Part shown: one piece after another, positions 21,382-33,064 of the stretch
Layout of the letters: each line of letters begins with the position of its first letter
Position numbering within the stretch: position 1 is the first letter of the stretch
Assembly: GCA_030390025.1 (NCBI GenBank)
Contig: CM059433.1
Span: forward strand, 18,478,001-18,542,000
DNA from: Squalus acanthias
Taxonomy: Eukaryota
Direction: 5' to 3'
DNA length: 64,000 nt
Made by a program: the position numbers and the translations under genes
The notes under the pieces: model-generated
What the model was told of the DNA's origin: nothing
Database searches by the model: none
What the model saw: only the letters and a program-made list of their open reading frames with translations

Positions 21382-24176
21382 GTCCTACTCACCAACATCT
21401 GGGGACTTGTGCCAAACTTGGGAGAGCTGTCCCACAGATTAGTCAAGCAACAGCCTGACATAGTCATACTCACAGAATCATACCTTTCAGACAATGTCCC
21501 AAAATCCTCCATCACCATCCTTGGGTATGTCGTGTCCCAACGGCAGGATAGACCCACCAGGGGTGGCGGCTCAGTGGTATACAGTCGGGAAGGAGTGGCC
21601 CTGGGAGGCCTCAACCTTGACTCCGGACCCCAAGAAGTCTCATGGCTTCAGGTCAAGAATGGGCAAGGAAACCTCCTGCTGATTACCACCTACTTTCCTC
21701 CCTCAGCTGATGAATCAGTAATCTTCCATGTTGAACATCACTTGGAAGAAGCACTGAAAGTAGCAAGGGCACAGAACGTACTCTGGGTGGGGACTTCAAT
21801 GTCCATCACCAAGAGTGGCTCGGTAGCACCACAGCTGGCCGAGTCCTGAAGGACATAGCTGCCAGTCTGGGCCAGCGACAGGTGGTGAGAGAACCGACAG
21901 GTGGTGAGAGAACCAACAGGAGGAAAAAACCTACTTGACCTCATCCTCAACAATCTACCTGTCGCAGATGCATCTGTCCATGACAGTATTGGTAGCAGTG
22001 ACCACCGCACAGTCATTGTGGAGACGAAGTCCCGTCTTCACACTGAGGATACCTTCCATCGTGTTGTGTGGCACTACCACCGTGCTAAATGGGATAGATT
22101 CAGAACAGATCTCGCAGCACAAAACTGGGTATCCATGAGGCGCTGTGGGCCATCAGCAGCAGCAGAATTGTATTCCACCACAATCTGTAACCTCATGGCC
22201 CAGCATATCCCTCACTTCTACCATTACCATCAAGCCAGGGGACCAGCCCTGGTTCAATAAGGAGTGTAGAAGAGCATGCCAGGAGCAGCACCAGGCGTAC
22301 CTAAAAATGAGGTGTCAACCTGGGGAAGCAGCAACACAGGACTACTTGTTTGCTAAAAAGCAGAAGCAGCATGCTATAGACAGAACTAAGCGATCCCACA
22401 ATCAACGGATCAGATCAAAGCTCTGCAGTCCTGCCACATCCAGTCGTAAATGGTGGTGGACCATTAAACAGCTAACAGGAGGAGGAGGCTCCATGAATAT
22501 CCCCATCCTCAATGATGGTGGAGCCTAGTGCAAAAGACAAGGCTGAAGCTTTTGCAACCATCTTCAGCCAGAAGTGCCGAGTAGATGATTCATATCGGCC
22601 TGCTCCTAAGGTCCCCACCACCACAGAAGCCAGTCTTCAACCAATTCGATTCACTCCACGTGATATCAAGAAACGGCTGAGCGCACTGGATACAGCAAAG
22701 GCTATGGGCCCCGACAACATCCCAGTTGTCGTGCTGAAGACTTGTGATCCAGAACTAGTTGCGCCTCCAGTACAGCCACAACACTGGCATCTATGCAACA
22801 ATGTGGAAAACTGCCCAGGTATGTCCTGTCCACAAAAAGCAGGACAAATCCAACCCGGCCAATTACCGCCCCATCAGTCTACTCTCAATCATCAGCAAAG
22901 TGATGGAAGATGGCATCGACAGTGCTATCAAGCAGCACTTCCTCAGCAATAACCTGCTCACTGATGCCCAGTTTGGGTTCCGCCAGGACCACTCGGCTCC
23001 TGACCTCATTACAGCCTTGGTCCATTCATGGACAAAGGAACTGAATTCTAGAGGTGAGGTGAGAGTGACTGCCCTTGACATCAAGGCAGCATTTGACCGA
23101 GTGTGGCATCAAGGAGCCCTAGTAAAACTGAAGTCAATTGGGAATCAGAGGGGAAAACTCTCCACGGGCTGGAGTCATACCTAGCACAAAGGAAGATGGT
23201 TGTGGTGGTTGAAGGTCAATCATCACAGCCCCAGGACATCGCTGCAGGAGTTCCTCAGTGCAGTGTCCTAGGCCCAACCATCTTCAGCTGCTTCATCAAT
23301 GACCTTCCTTCCAACATCAGGTCAGAAATGGGGATGTTCGCTGATGACTGCACAGTGTTCAGTGCCATTCACAACTCCTCAGATAATAAAGCAGTCCATG
23401 CCCGCATGCAACAAGACCTGGACGTCGTTCAGGCTTGGGCTGATAACTGGCAGGTAACATTCGCACCACACAAGTGCCAGGCAATGACTATCTCCAACAA
23501 GCGAGAGTCTAACCACCGCCCCTCAACATTCAACGGCATTACCATTGCCGAATCCCCCACTATCAACATCCTCGGGGTTACCATTGACCAGAAACTTAAC
23601 TGGACCAGCCACATAAATACTGTGGCAACAAGAGCAAGTCAGAGGCTAGGTATTCTGCGGCAAGTGTCTCTCCTCCTGAGTCCCCAAAGCCTTTCCACCA
23701 TCTACAAGGCACAAGTAAGGAGTGTGATGTAATATTCCCCACTGGCCTGGATGAGTGCAGCTCCAACAACACTCAAGAAGCTCGACACCATCCAGCACAA
23801 AGCAGCCCGCTTGATTGGCACCCCATCTACCACCTTAAACATTCACTCCCTCCACCACTGGAGTACCGTGGCTGCAGTGCGTACCATATACAAGATGCAC
23901 TGCAGCAACTCGCCAAGGCTTCTTCGGCAGCACCTCCCAAACCCGCGACCTCTTCCACCTAGAAGGACAAGGGCAGCAGGCGCGTGGGAACACCACCACC
24001 TCCAAGTTCCCCTCCAAGTCACACACCATCCTGACTTAGAAGTATATCGCCGATCCTTCATCGTCGCTGGGTCAAAATCCTGGAACTCCCTACCAAACAG
24101 CACTGTGGGAGTACCTTCACCACACGGACTGCAGCGGTTCAAGAAGACTGCTCACCACCTTCTCGAGGGCAATTAG
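21382..24176 (+). pseudogene. Frameshifted APE endonuclease-reverse transcriptase ORF of the tRNA-headed LINE
   Basis: LTESYL, GDFN, LLDLIL, SDH; GPDNIP, NYRPISLLS, QFGFR, DIKAAFDRVWH, GVPQCSVLGP and FADD spread over several frames; 19-bp tandem duplication near 21876-21913. Confidence 0.88.
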
Positions 24177-24242
24177 GGATGGGCAATAAATGCTGGCCTT
24201 GCCAGCGACGCCCACATCCCATAAACGAATTTGAAAAAAAAA

Positions 24243-24541
24243 TTCCTCCAACTCTGGCATGTTGTGCATCCCCCACTCCCTTCGCTCCACAAGTGGTGGC
24301 CATGCCTTCTGCCATCTAAGGCATAAGCTCTGGTATTCCCTCCCCATACCTCTTCACCTCTCCACCGCTCTCCCCCTTTAGGACGCTGCTTAAAACTTAT
24401 TCCTTTGACGAAGCATTTGGTCACCTGTCCTAGTGTCTCCTTCTTTGGCTCGGTGTCATTTTATGTCTGTTTAAGCTCCTGAGAAGCACCTTGGGACATT
24501 TTACTAAGTTAAAGGCGCTATATAAATGCAAGTTGTTGTTG
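24243..24541 (+). mobile_element. L2 LINE 3' end (continuation of 20460-20946)
   Basis: TTCCTCCAACTCTGGC... continues the L2 and ends AAGGCGCTATATAAATGCAAGTTGTTGTT. Confidence 0.85.
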
Positions 24542-24816
24542 ATTTGCTGTGCTCCAGGTGTAACTAATTTCTGTGTGCTGTATTGTTTTAAACTAAATTC
24601 TGTGAAGTAATTTTGGTCTGTATGTTGGCTGCCTTGTGTTATTTTAAAGGTAAATAAGACAAAGAGTGAGTTGTTTTCCTGAATCTGTCCTCATGCTCTT
24701 TATAAGTTACTTAACATCCTATTGTGTAAACTTGAGAGAAGCTCAAGTAAAACTGCCACCAATATTTTTATTCACAATTTTTTGTGTATCCAAGATGTAT
24801 TACAGAAAAAGATAAT

Positions 24817-25579
24817 GGCCCGAAAATTAGACCTAATGCGGGAGAGTACGCACTGTGTACTCTCGCGTATTAGGTCCCGAAGTGCCGGTTTCCTTCATGC
24901 ACTGCGCATGCGCGGGAAACCGGCACTTCGGGTATTGCAAAGGGGGCGGTTCCTAAGTGAACCGCGTGAGCACTACAGGTTGTGCGCACGCAGCGCACTT
25001 AGTTTTTTTTTCAGCTTTGAACGCGCAGGTAAGTGTTGAAGATTTTACACACAAAGAAAGCAGGCGTAAGACCCCCTTTTAACAAGGTAAGTAGTTAATT
25101 AAGTATTTTAAATTTTTTCAACAGGTTTATCTTTTTTAGAGACTTTAAGGAGAAAGGTAAGTTTATTTTTATAACTTTTAAAAAGAATTTAAATTTTTTC
25201 AAAAATTTAAATTTTTGTTTAAAGTGGTTAATTTATTTAACTATAGTTATTTTATTAATGTGATGGCTTTTTTTAAAATGTAATTGAGGTTTAGCTGTTC
25301 TTTTGGGGGCTTGTTGTATTCATAGTTTTGACAGCTCTTGCTGTCAAAACTATGAATGAAAGATGGTGTGCTGCCATTGGCTCTAACTGGCCCACGTGAT
25401 CCCAGAGGTCGCATCGAATTAACTGCGCCTGTGGGACATGCACACACTGCGCGCCGGCACCAGGGAGAGGCCCAGGAACTGAAGTTCGTGTGGGCCCGAA
25501 CCATAAAGGTAGGCGCGGAGTGCGATATCGCGGGGGATCCTTACCCCCGCGGCAACCATCGAACTCCAATTTCTGGGCC
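24817..25579. mobile_element. Non-autonomous TIR element (Harbinger-like MITE)
   Basis: TIRs GGCCCGAAAATT / AATTTCTGGGCC, CpG-rich hairpin-forming subtermini, AT-rich core. Confidence 0.6.
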
Positions 25580-26289
25580 ATTGCTTAGCTACACAGATAT
25601 AGCATAGTTACAATTATTACATGCTAAAATAAAACCATAGATTCACTACTCCATTGTTCTATATTTTGTTATATAAAAAATGCAAGAAAAGACTGACCTA
25701 TGTTTTTTTTCTCTCTCTCCAGTTGGAACTGTTTGCCATAAGCACTAGTTTATGATTAGCCAGAGAGCAACTGATCCCCAGTGGCAATTTTGAGGGTGTA
25801 TTACACCCCTGGTCTGAGGTTTGACACGATCATCTTACAAACCTGTCACCCGATGACTGCAGGTGAGCCTATTGCTGGCCACTCAACACAGTCCAAGGTC
25901 TAGTCTTCTGGCATGTACAGAGGTATTTTTTACCTGCTGAAGTAGAACTCGAGAAGGGAAGGTATTGATTAACTTGCCATTTGCTTGGTGCATAAGTTTC
26001 TGTACACTGCTCAGAGATGGAGCTGAGGGCCAGTTTAGTCAGCACATGGCTCCTGTAATTAAGTCATATGGGTGGGAGAAGCCAGGGACATGGCTGCTCT
26101 GTCTTTTAACCTGACTGTGCGTACCACAGTGACTTGGGTGGTGGGACTGTTGGATCGTAATCAATGACTGAACTTCTGCCATGCTTAAGAATAGGTATCC
26201 TTAAACTTGTTTTTTTAATCAATTTCCATCGTAATATTCCTGGATCTTTTTCAGCCGATGAATCGGTGAAAATAGATTTCATCCTAAAT

Positions 26290-26500
26290 TTGGGGCCCCC
26301 CTCCCCCCAAAATTACCCATTATATTCTTACTAAAAATTGGAACCAGAGATGCATGCACATCACATCCATGATGTCGACACATGAATTGCAGGCTGTACT
26401 TGGCATGTTGACGTCATTAATATGATGTGTGCACATCTCTGGAACTGATTTTCAGTAGTAGAGACAAATGCTGTACCGTGTGGATTTTTTTAAGGGGGCA
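26290..26500. repeat. Old palindromic element (MITE-like)
   Basis: CCAGAGATGCATGCACATCA (26344-26363) is inverted with TGATGTGTGCACATCTCTGG (26423-26442); further imperfect pairing outward. Confidence 0.55.
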
Positions 26501-26834
26501 GCAATATTTTTAGTATTTCAGTTCTATAGAGTAAGGACAGCACTGCACTGACACAGCTACCACAATGATGGTCCCTTGAAGACTGAGGTCATCAATCAAA
26601 AGCTGATTCAGATCACGCACCAAGGCATTGATTACTCAAAGCAAGATCACAGTTGTTCTCGTATGCATAATCTCCAACGTTTTTTTTTATCATCCCGCCA
26701 TCATAGTGGCAGGTAAGGGGATTCATAATCTTACAGCACAGGAGGCCATTCGGCCCATTGTGCCTGTGCCGGCTCTTGGAAAGAGTTATCCAATTAATCG
26801 CACTCCCCCATCTCTGAACCACAACAATAAACAT

Positions 26835-27016
26835 AGGGGTCCTGATATTCTGTATGGGTTCTACTGGTCTCTTGCCATTACGCTGGTGGGAGAGTGGCAG
26901 AAACCCCCCAGAGAAACAGCATAAATGGCTGATAACTGCCATTTACACCATTTCCCTGAAGATTCCACCAGTCTCCTGCTGGGGTTGAGGCAGGAGACCA
27001 CTAGAATTTCAGGGCC
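26835..27016. mobile_element. Palindromic MITE
   Basis: Ends GGTCCTGATATTCT / AGAATTTCAGGGCC; internal TGGTCTCTTGCC / GGCAGGAGACCA. Confidence 0.5.
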
Positions 27017-27584
27017 AGATTCTTTTAATCAAAAAAACTGGGGATGAAGTGGTTACCGCGATAACAATGATGTCTGCGAACTATATAAACAATCATGGGT
27101 TGCCATTTAACTTGTCTGTACCTTGTTTTAGTATCTTGTTTTCTGGAGTTTAGCAATGTTTACATTAACAAGTTGGTTTTTTTTAGAAACTGATTTTCTC
27201 CAAATTTACCCAGGTTTTCTGGGATCAATTTTTTTCTCCCTGCTGATTGCTTCTCCCTTGTACTTAAAAAAAAAACTGAAAAACAAAAAACACAGGTCTT
27301 CAAATTGGCAATAAAAACTGACATTAATGATCCTTACATAAGTGCCAATAAAAGTTTAATGTACGACAGTAAGAACCCAAGAAACACAAACAAGTTTACA
27401 TTTGAGGCTCAAAAGAAAGAACATGCACACGCCTCACAGGAGGAGCTGGTGTTGTTTTCTTTCAGAGGGGGGTGGGTCTCACAAGTGGTAGGAGATTGTG
27501 ACATGAAAGTGGTTGAGGGAGGTTCTGTGAGAAAACCGATGTGAGATAGCAGCCCTTAACAATGTGAAAATAGATGACAAAAAG

Positions 27585-27990
27585 CAAGACTTGCATTCCT
27601 AAAGTGCTTCACAAACAATTTTTGAAGTGTAATCGCTGTTGTAATGTAGGAAATGCAGCAGCCAATTTGTGCACAGCAAGCTCCCACAAACAGCAATGTG
27701 ATAATGACCAGATAATCTATTTTAGTTATGTTGGTTGAGGGATAAATATTGGCCAGGACAGGGGGGGGGGAGGACTCTCCTGCTCTTTAAAATGTTGCCA
27801 TGGGATATTTCACTTTCACCTGAAAGGGCCTCGGTTTAATGTCTCATCCGAAAAATGGCACATCTGGCAGTGCAGCACTCCCTCATCACTGCACTGGAAT
27901 GTCAGCCTAGATTTTGTGCTAAAGTGTCTGGAGTGGGATTTGAACATCTGACTCAAAGGCGAGAGTGCTTTCAATTGAGCCACAGCTGAT
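27585..27990 (-). mobile_element. DeuSINE-type SINE, near full length
   Basis: Homologous to 1-310 and includes the tRNA-like head (GGGATTTGAAC...TGAGCCAC on the + strand). Confidence 0.75.
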
Positions 27991-28029
27991 CCCGTTTTAG
28001 GAAGGGAAGCAGCATTAACTTGCCATTGA

Positions 28030-28515
28030 GTTGGGCTTGCTGCGGATGGTGGTCGTGCTCTTGAGTCAGGATGTCGTGGATTCAAGTCTCATTCCAGGTC
28101 TTGAGCATATAATTCAAGCTGACATCCAAGAGTAGTACTGAAACGGAGATGCCATTATTTCAGACAAGACGTTAAACTTAGGTCTATCTGCCTGTTCCTG
28201 TGGTTCAGGTAGATTGAAGATCCCACTCTATCAGTCAAAGAAGCATGGGAGGATGTAGTCTTAGACTTGAAACGTCGACTTCTGTCCCTCGATAGATCCT
28301 GCCTGACCACCTGAGTATTTCCAGCTTTTTCTGTTTTGTCTTTTGAGTTCTGCTGTATTGACGACTATTCCACCCTCAACCAACACCCCCACAAATAGAT
28401 TCACTGCTCATTGTATTATTTTACAAGTGGCTGCCGCATATGCAGACCCAACATCAGTCACTGCGCTGCAATGTATGAGAAGTGCCGTGGGAGCTTTCTG
28501 GGAGATGAGGCGCTG
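28030..28515 (+). mobile_element. Diverged DeuSINE-type SINE containing a Penelope-like fragment (about 28258-28340)
   Basis: GAGTCAGGATGTCGTGGATTCAAGTCTCATTCCAG head; GACGTTAAAC...AAGATCCCA core; inner TGCCTGACCACCTGAGTATTTCCAGC. Confidence 0.5.
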
Positions 28516-29149
28516 TTCAAGTGGAGGTGGCAGGACTGACAAACTCATGCCAGCTTAATCTTGCTCATGTGCCCCTCATGTTGCAGGCAAGTTGGTGCCT
28601 GTGGATCGTCAACGATTCCATTTTTCCCCAATGACAATTCGGAACATGTCGGGGTGGTTCCAGTATAGGGCAGAGCTTATCCGGAAATGACCCCCCTCCT
28701 CCCTCGCAATAATGTACAATTGGTGCACGTCGGATCAGCAGTTCTCGCAGCTGAAGAGACTGCTGAGGAAGTGGGTGAGACTGACTGCATCCATCCAAGA
28801 GGAGACTTTTGTTTTCACCAAACTATCCATTTAAAGCACCAAGGAAGCAGTGACGCAAGATGCCGTTGGTAAAAGAATGATTGAGTAAGATCTTAGTCTA
28901 TTATGCACGCACCCAGCAGCTTTCCATTGGTTACAAGAATTATTCATCCAGCGGCGGCACAGTAGTGGGATGCACTGGTCGAGCTTCCAGCTTCTTTTCT
29001 CATCAAGGTGGATGGATTGAGCCATACCTCTATTATTTATCAACATTTACCAGTGAAATGCCAAGCACGGTGCAGAAGATATGGCGGTGGGGGAAGGAAC
29101 GGGGCAGGAGCTGAGGGCCCTGTAATTCGGGTTTAACTAATCAACCAAC

Positions 29150-29456
29150 CCCCCGGGAATAGCTGGATCCATGAGTGAGACTTCTCCTGCATCTGTGGAA
29201 CCGCAGCCGACGCGGCGCTGGCCGGGAAGCTGCTGATGTTGTAACTCCGGATTAAAGGGACACTGGGCGCCGCTGCTCAGCCTCGCGTTCCGCGCTCGTC
29301 TATTTATCTCGGCGGCTCTGCAGTCATTTCTGACCAAACTCCTCGCTTGTGTGGTCTGAGAGGCTTTCACAGTTGAAAAAAGCTCTACAGGTCTAGACCA
29401 GCAGGTTCCTTGCTGGCAATGATTAATGGCAGTTTGCATTTGAACGCTCAGTAAGT
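29150..29456 (+). promoter_or_regulatory. CpG-rich candidate promoter / non-coding first exon of KBTBD11
   Basis: Local CpG enrichment at 29200-29320; splice donor TCA|GTAAGT at 29451; candidate acceptor with branch-like CTAAT and pyrimidine tract ending AG at 34238. Confidence 0.4.
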
Positions 29457-29941
29457 GGTTTTGATTTTCTTTCCTCCTTTTTCCTCGTGTGTAACAGTGT
29501 GCTAAAGTCGAATTGGGAAAAACCGGAGAGGAGAATAGCTTCCAGGTATTTGAATCGCACCATATCCGTTTACGGTAGTGGCGGACAGTCGTTGCTACCC
29601 AGCTTTTAATACAAATCCTGTCTTCATGCAGACGATTTTACAGATGAACGATATTTATTTTTTTTAAAACACAAGATTACTGCAGCGTGCAGTTTCTAGC
29701 GGGATTTTCAGTTATTTGATCATTACAGTATTTGAAAACGAAGAATACATGCAAAATACTGTTTAAAATCTTACGTTTCAGGACGATTTTTCTTTAAAAT
29801 GACATAAATCTAGAGATCAAATAGAGCTTTTATTTTTTAAAAAACGTACTATTTAGAGTCGGGACATTTCAGATCATTTTCTGTTGTACACTGATTCAGT
29901 GATTTGGTGCTGAATCCTTTGCAAATGGAGCTTAATATTAT

Positions 29942-29947
<6 letters not shown>

Positions 29948-29971
<24 letters not shown>
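29948..29971. repeat. (CA)n microsatellite
   Basis: Direct reading of the sequence. Confidence 0.95.
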
Positions 29972-29972
<1 letters not shown>

Positions 29973-32189
29973 ATCACAATTCCAATCTGGCCATCAAATG
30001 TACTATTCCCCGAAATAAACCCAGAGAACTGCTCCATGGAGCGGATGCACTCAATCCTTGCAGTGCTGCAATCTTCAGCAAAGCCCATTAATCCACATGC
30101 CTGATCGCTTAGCGCGCATGCGCCTGCCTCCTCGTCTTCCCGCGGGGCGAGACCAGACCAGACCAGAGGACAAGGACAGTATTAAACTCCAGCAGAGTCT
30201 CTGCCAGTCGGCCGCCATCCACCGACTGAACTGATTTACTGCTGAAAAAAAACCCCAGCATTTTTGCACAATCTCTTTCAAAATGCAATTTCCTCTGCAG
30301 AATTTGTGTTTTAAGTATTGCTATAATCTCTATCCTTTATGGAGGGACACACGAGCAGGGCGAGTTAATTCAAGCAATGCAGGCTGAGCGGAGACAAATG
30401 TTTGATGTAGTTATTTATTTGTGGGAAATCAAATAGATATTTGGGAAGCGGGTGCATTTGTTTTGAGGCTAAATTGATTTCAATCGTTTTTAAACTGCAA
30501 CTGGACAGCCTGCTGTTGCAGCCACCGCCTTGGTGCTTGATGGATTGTAGTACAATACAGTAGCATACAGTCCGACTGCACTCGGTACAATATGGCTGAT
30601 CAGATGGTTTAGATTTAGTCACATTTACTTGTGTAGGTTGCGAATGTAACTCCCACGTCACTTTTTCTGCCAAGCAAATGTTTAGCTCCCCCTTGCTTAT
30701 CACATTGAAGTAGAGAACAGCAACAGGTTTTCTCAACCCCCTGGGGCTGAGATGTATCTGCAGCTTGCTCAGTGTCTTGTCTCTGTATCAGACTGTCTCG
30801 TCGGCCTGGAACCAACCTTCAGTTTTCACTGAACGCTTCATACTATACTTCACATTATTCAGATGCCCCGCCCCCTCCCTCCTTCCCGAGAGATTTTTTT
30901 TTTAACCGCACACAATGTGCCTTTTGATAATTTTATGATGCTCAATATCTCAAGTCTTTCATTTAAACGCGCAGTGGTCAGTCTAAGAACATTCAATTCA
31001 GCGGAGGATAGAAAAGATTCAGCCAGCAGCCCAGTCTATGGATGTACTGCACTGCACTGCCGTACACACAACTGTTTGCAAAATGAGGTGCAATTTCATA
31101 CCAGAGGAGTGTCTTATGTTCTTAGTATTGTCTGTGAGAGACAAATCCGCGATTTAAAGGCTCCTAACGGGATAAACCGTCATGGCTTAAAAAAAAACAA
31201 TAATTTCTATTTTTACAAAAATTCCTAAGGACCTTTCCGTTTGTATTAATGTTAGGATTCCCATTCTATCTCCTTTGTTTTTTCCCTGTTGCCCACATGA
31301 ACCTCATTTATTAACATGCAGTGCAATGTTGCGGCTGATTCATGAAGGATACAATTTTGATATTAACAGCGTTAAGTTCAACAATGAAAGGCGGCGTTGC
31401 CTTGGTGCGAACCAGCCTTTAATCCTCGGGCCTGAGCCTGGCTACAGTGTAGCCGTTACAGCGATACTGAGATCTGGAATTTATCCAACTCAACGCGTTC
31501 CAGCAAAGGCCCATAAAAAGACATAGAAACCCCAGGGGGTCTGGCATCGTTACAGAAATAAAGTGGAACAGCCAGGGGGAGCCCAGATTCCCTCAGTCCC
31601 CCCAGCAGAAGGGCTGAGCCAGTCAATGCGAAAGAACACAGTACGGATACCGTTCTGCAACTCCTGGGTCTTCAATGATCTCAAGCAAAAACTGTTCTCC
31701 AGTAGGGCAGAATTGAGCTGTTCCGCGGATAGCATTGGTGGTGATTCCTTGACCAACTCAGCTCTTTGTTGGGGGGCCCTCCGTTCCTCGCCATCCGCTA
31801 CTGACCTGGAATCCACGTTACGTCCAATATACGTGTAGGTTCACCTTTTGCAGAATCATATTCAACTTAACTTTTGCTCGCTAACTGAGAACTTGGAAGG
31901 CAAGGCGAGTGCCCTTTACGTGGCTTGGCATGAAGCCTTTAATGATTTTAATATTCAGCCTGTTGGGAGATGTAATGAAACAGGCATTAGTTGTCCACTA
32001 TAGCAATGATCGACTCGTTTGTAATGACAGTGATCTGTCTAATGCGGAGGAGGGAAGATTCACGCCTGAAGTTATGGTGCAAGTATAAAATGATTTGTGT
32101 TTTGATCTTGGCTTAAAGCTGCACTGTCTTCATTAAATTCTCCTCGCGGATCTCCCGTGGCGTTGCTCGTCTTTCACAGAGAGTAGATT

Positions 32190-32870
32190 ATTTAAAAATC
32201 TTTGAAGGTGGCAGGACAGGTTAACAAAGCAGTTACTAAAGCATATGGGATCCTGGGCTTTATAAATAGAGGCATAGAGTAGAAAAGCCATGAAGTTATG
32301 CTAAACCCATATAAAACACTCGTTCGGCTCCAGCTGGAATATTGTGTCCAATTCTGGGCACCACACTTTAGGAAGGGCATGAAGGCTTTGGAGAGGGTAC
32401 AGAAGATATTTACTAGAATGGTTCCAGGGATGAGGGAGTACAGTTACATGGATAGACTAGAGAAGCTGGAGTTGTTCTGCATGGAGCAGAGAAGGCTAAG
32501 AGGAGATTTAATAGAGGTGTTTAAAATCATGAAGGGTTTAGATAGAGTAAATAAAGAGAATCTGTTTTCAATGGCTGAAGGGTCGATAACGTGAGGGCAC
32601 AAATTTAAGGTGATTGACAAAAGAACCAGAGGTGACATGAGGAAAAACTTTTTCACACAACGAGTGGTTAGGATTTGGAATGCACTGCCTGATAGGGTGG
32701 TGGATACAGATTCAATAGTAGCCTTCAAAAGGGAATTGGCTAAATAATTTGAAGAACAAATTGCAGGGATATGGGGAAAGAGTGGGATTAATTGGTTGCT
32801 CTTCGAAAGAGCCGGCGCAGACTCGATGGGTCGAATGGCCTCCTTCTGTGCTGTACTAGTGTGATACTAT
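32190..32870 (+). mobile_element. CR1 3' fragment
   Basis: YKTLVRLQLEYCVQFWAPHFRK...RRLRGDLIEVFKIMKG and a CR1 3' UTR. Confidence 0.88.
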
Positions 32871-33002
32871 AAGGTCACAGGCATTTATCGTGAATTATAG
32901 GCAATGCATTTGTCTGATGCTATCAATGACTTGTATGTAACGTGGTTTATCCCTTTAAGGTTACAATGTCTAAATGCTTTTAAATAGACACATTCTGAGA
33001 TC

Positions 33003-33064
33003 AATGGGCAATAAATGCTGGCCTTGCCAGCGAAACCCACATCCCTTGAACGAATAAAAAAAAA
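33003..33064 (+). mobile_element. Isolated 3' tail of the tRNA-headed LINE family (second copy at about 61106-61235)
   Basis: ATGGGCAATAAATGCTGGCCTTGCCAGCGAAACCCACATCCCTTGAACGAATAAAA is nearly identical to 24179-24242. Confidence 0.8.

Larger units (their letters stand above)
20947..24242 (+). mobile_element. Full-length single-ORF CR1-group LINE with tRNA-derived 5' end (decayed copy)
   Basis: tRNA head, about 430-nt 5' region, frameshifted APE-RT ORF, 3' tail GGGCAATTAGGGATGGGCAATAAATGCTGGCC...CCCACATCCC plus oligo(A); host L2 resumes right after the tail. Confidence 0.88.
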
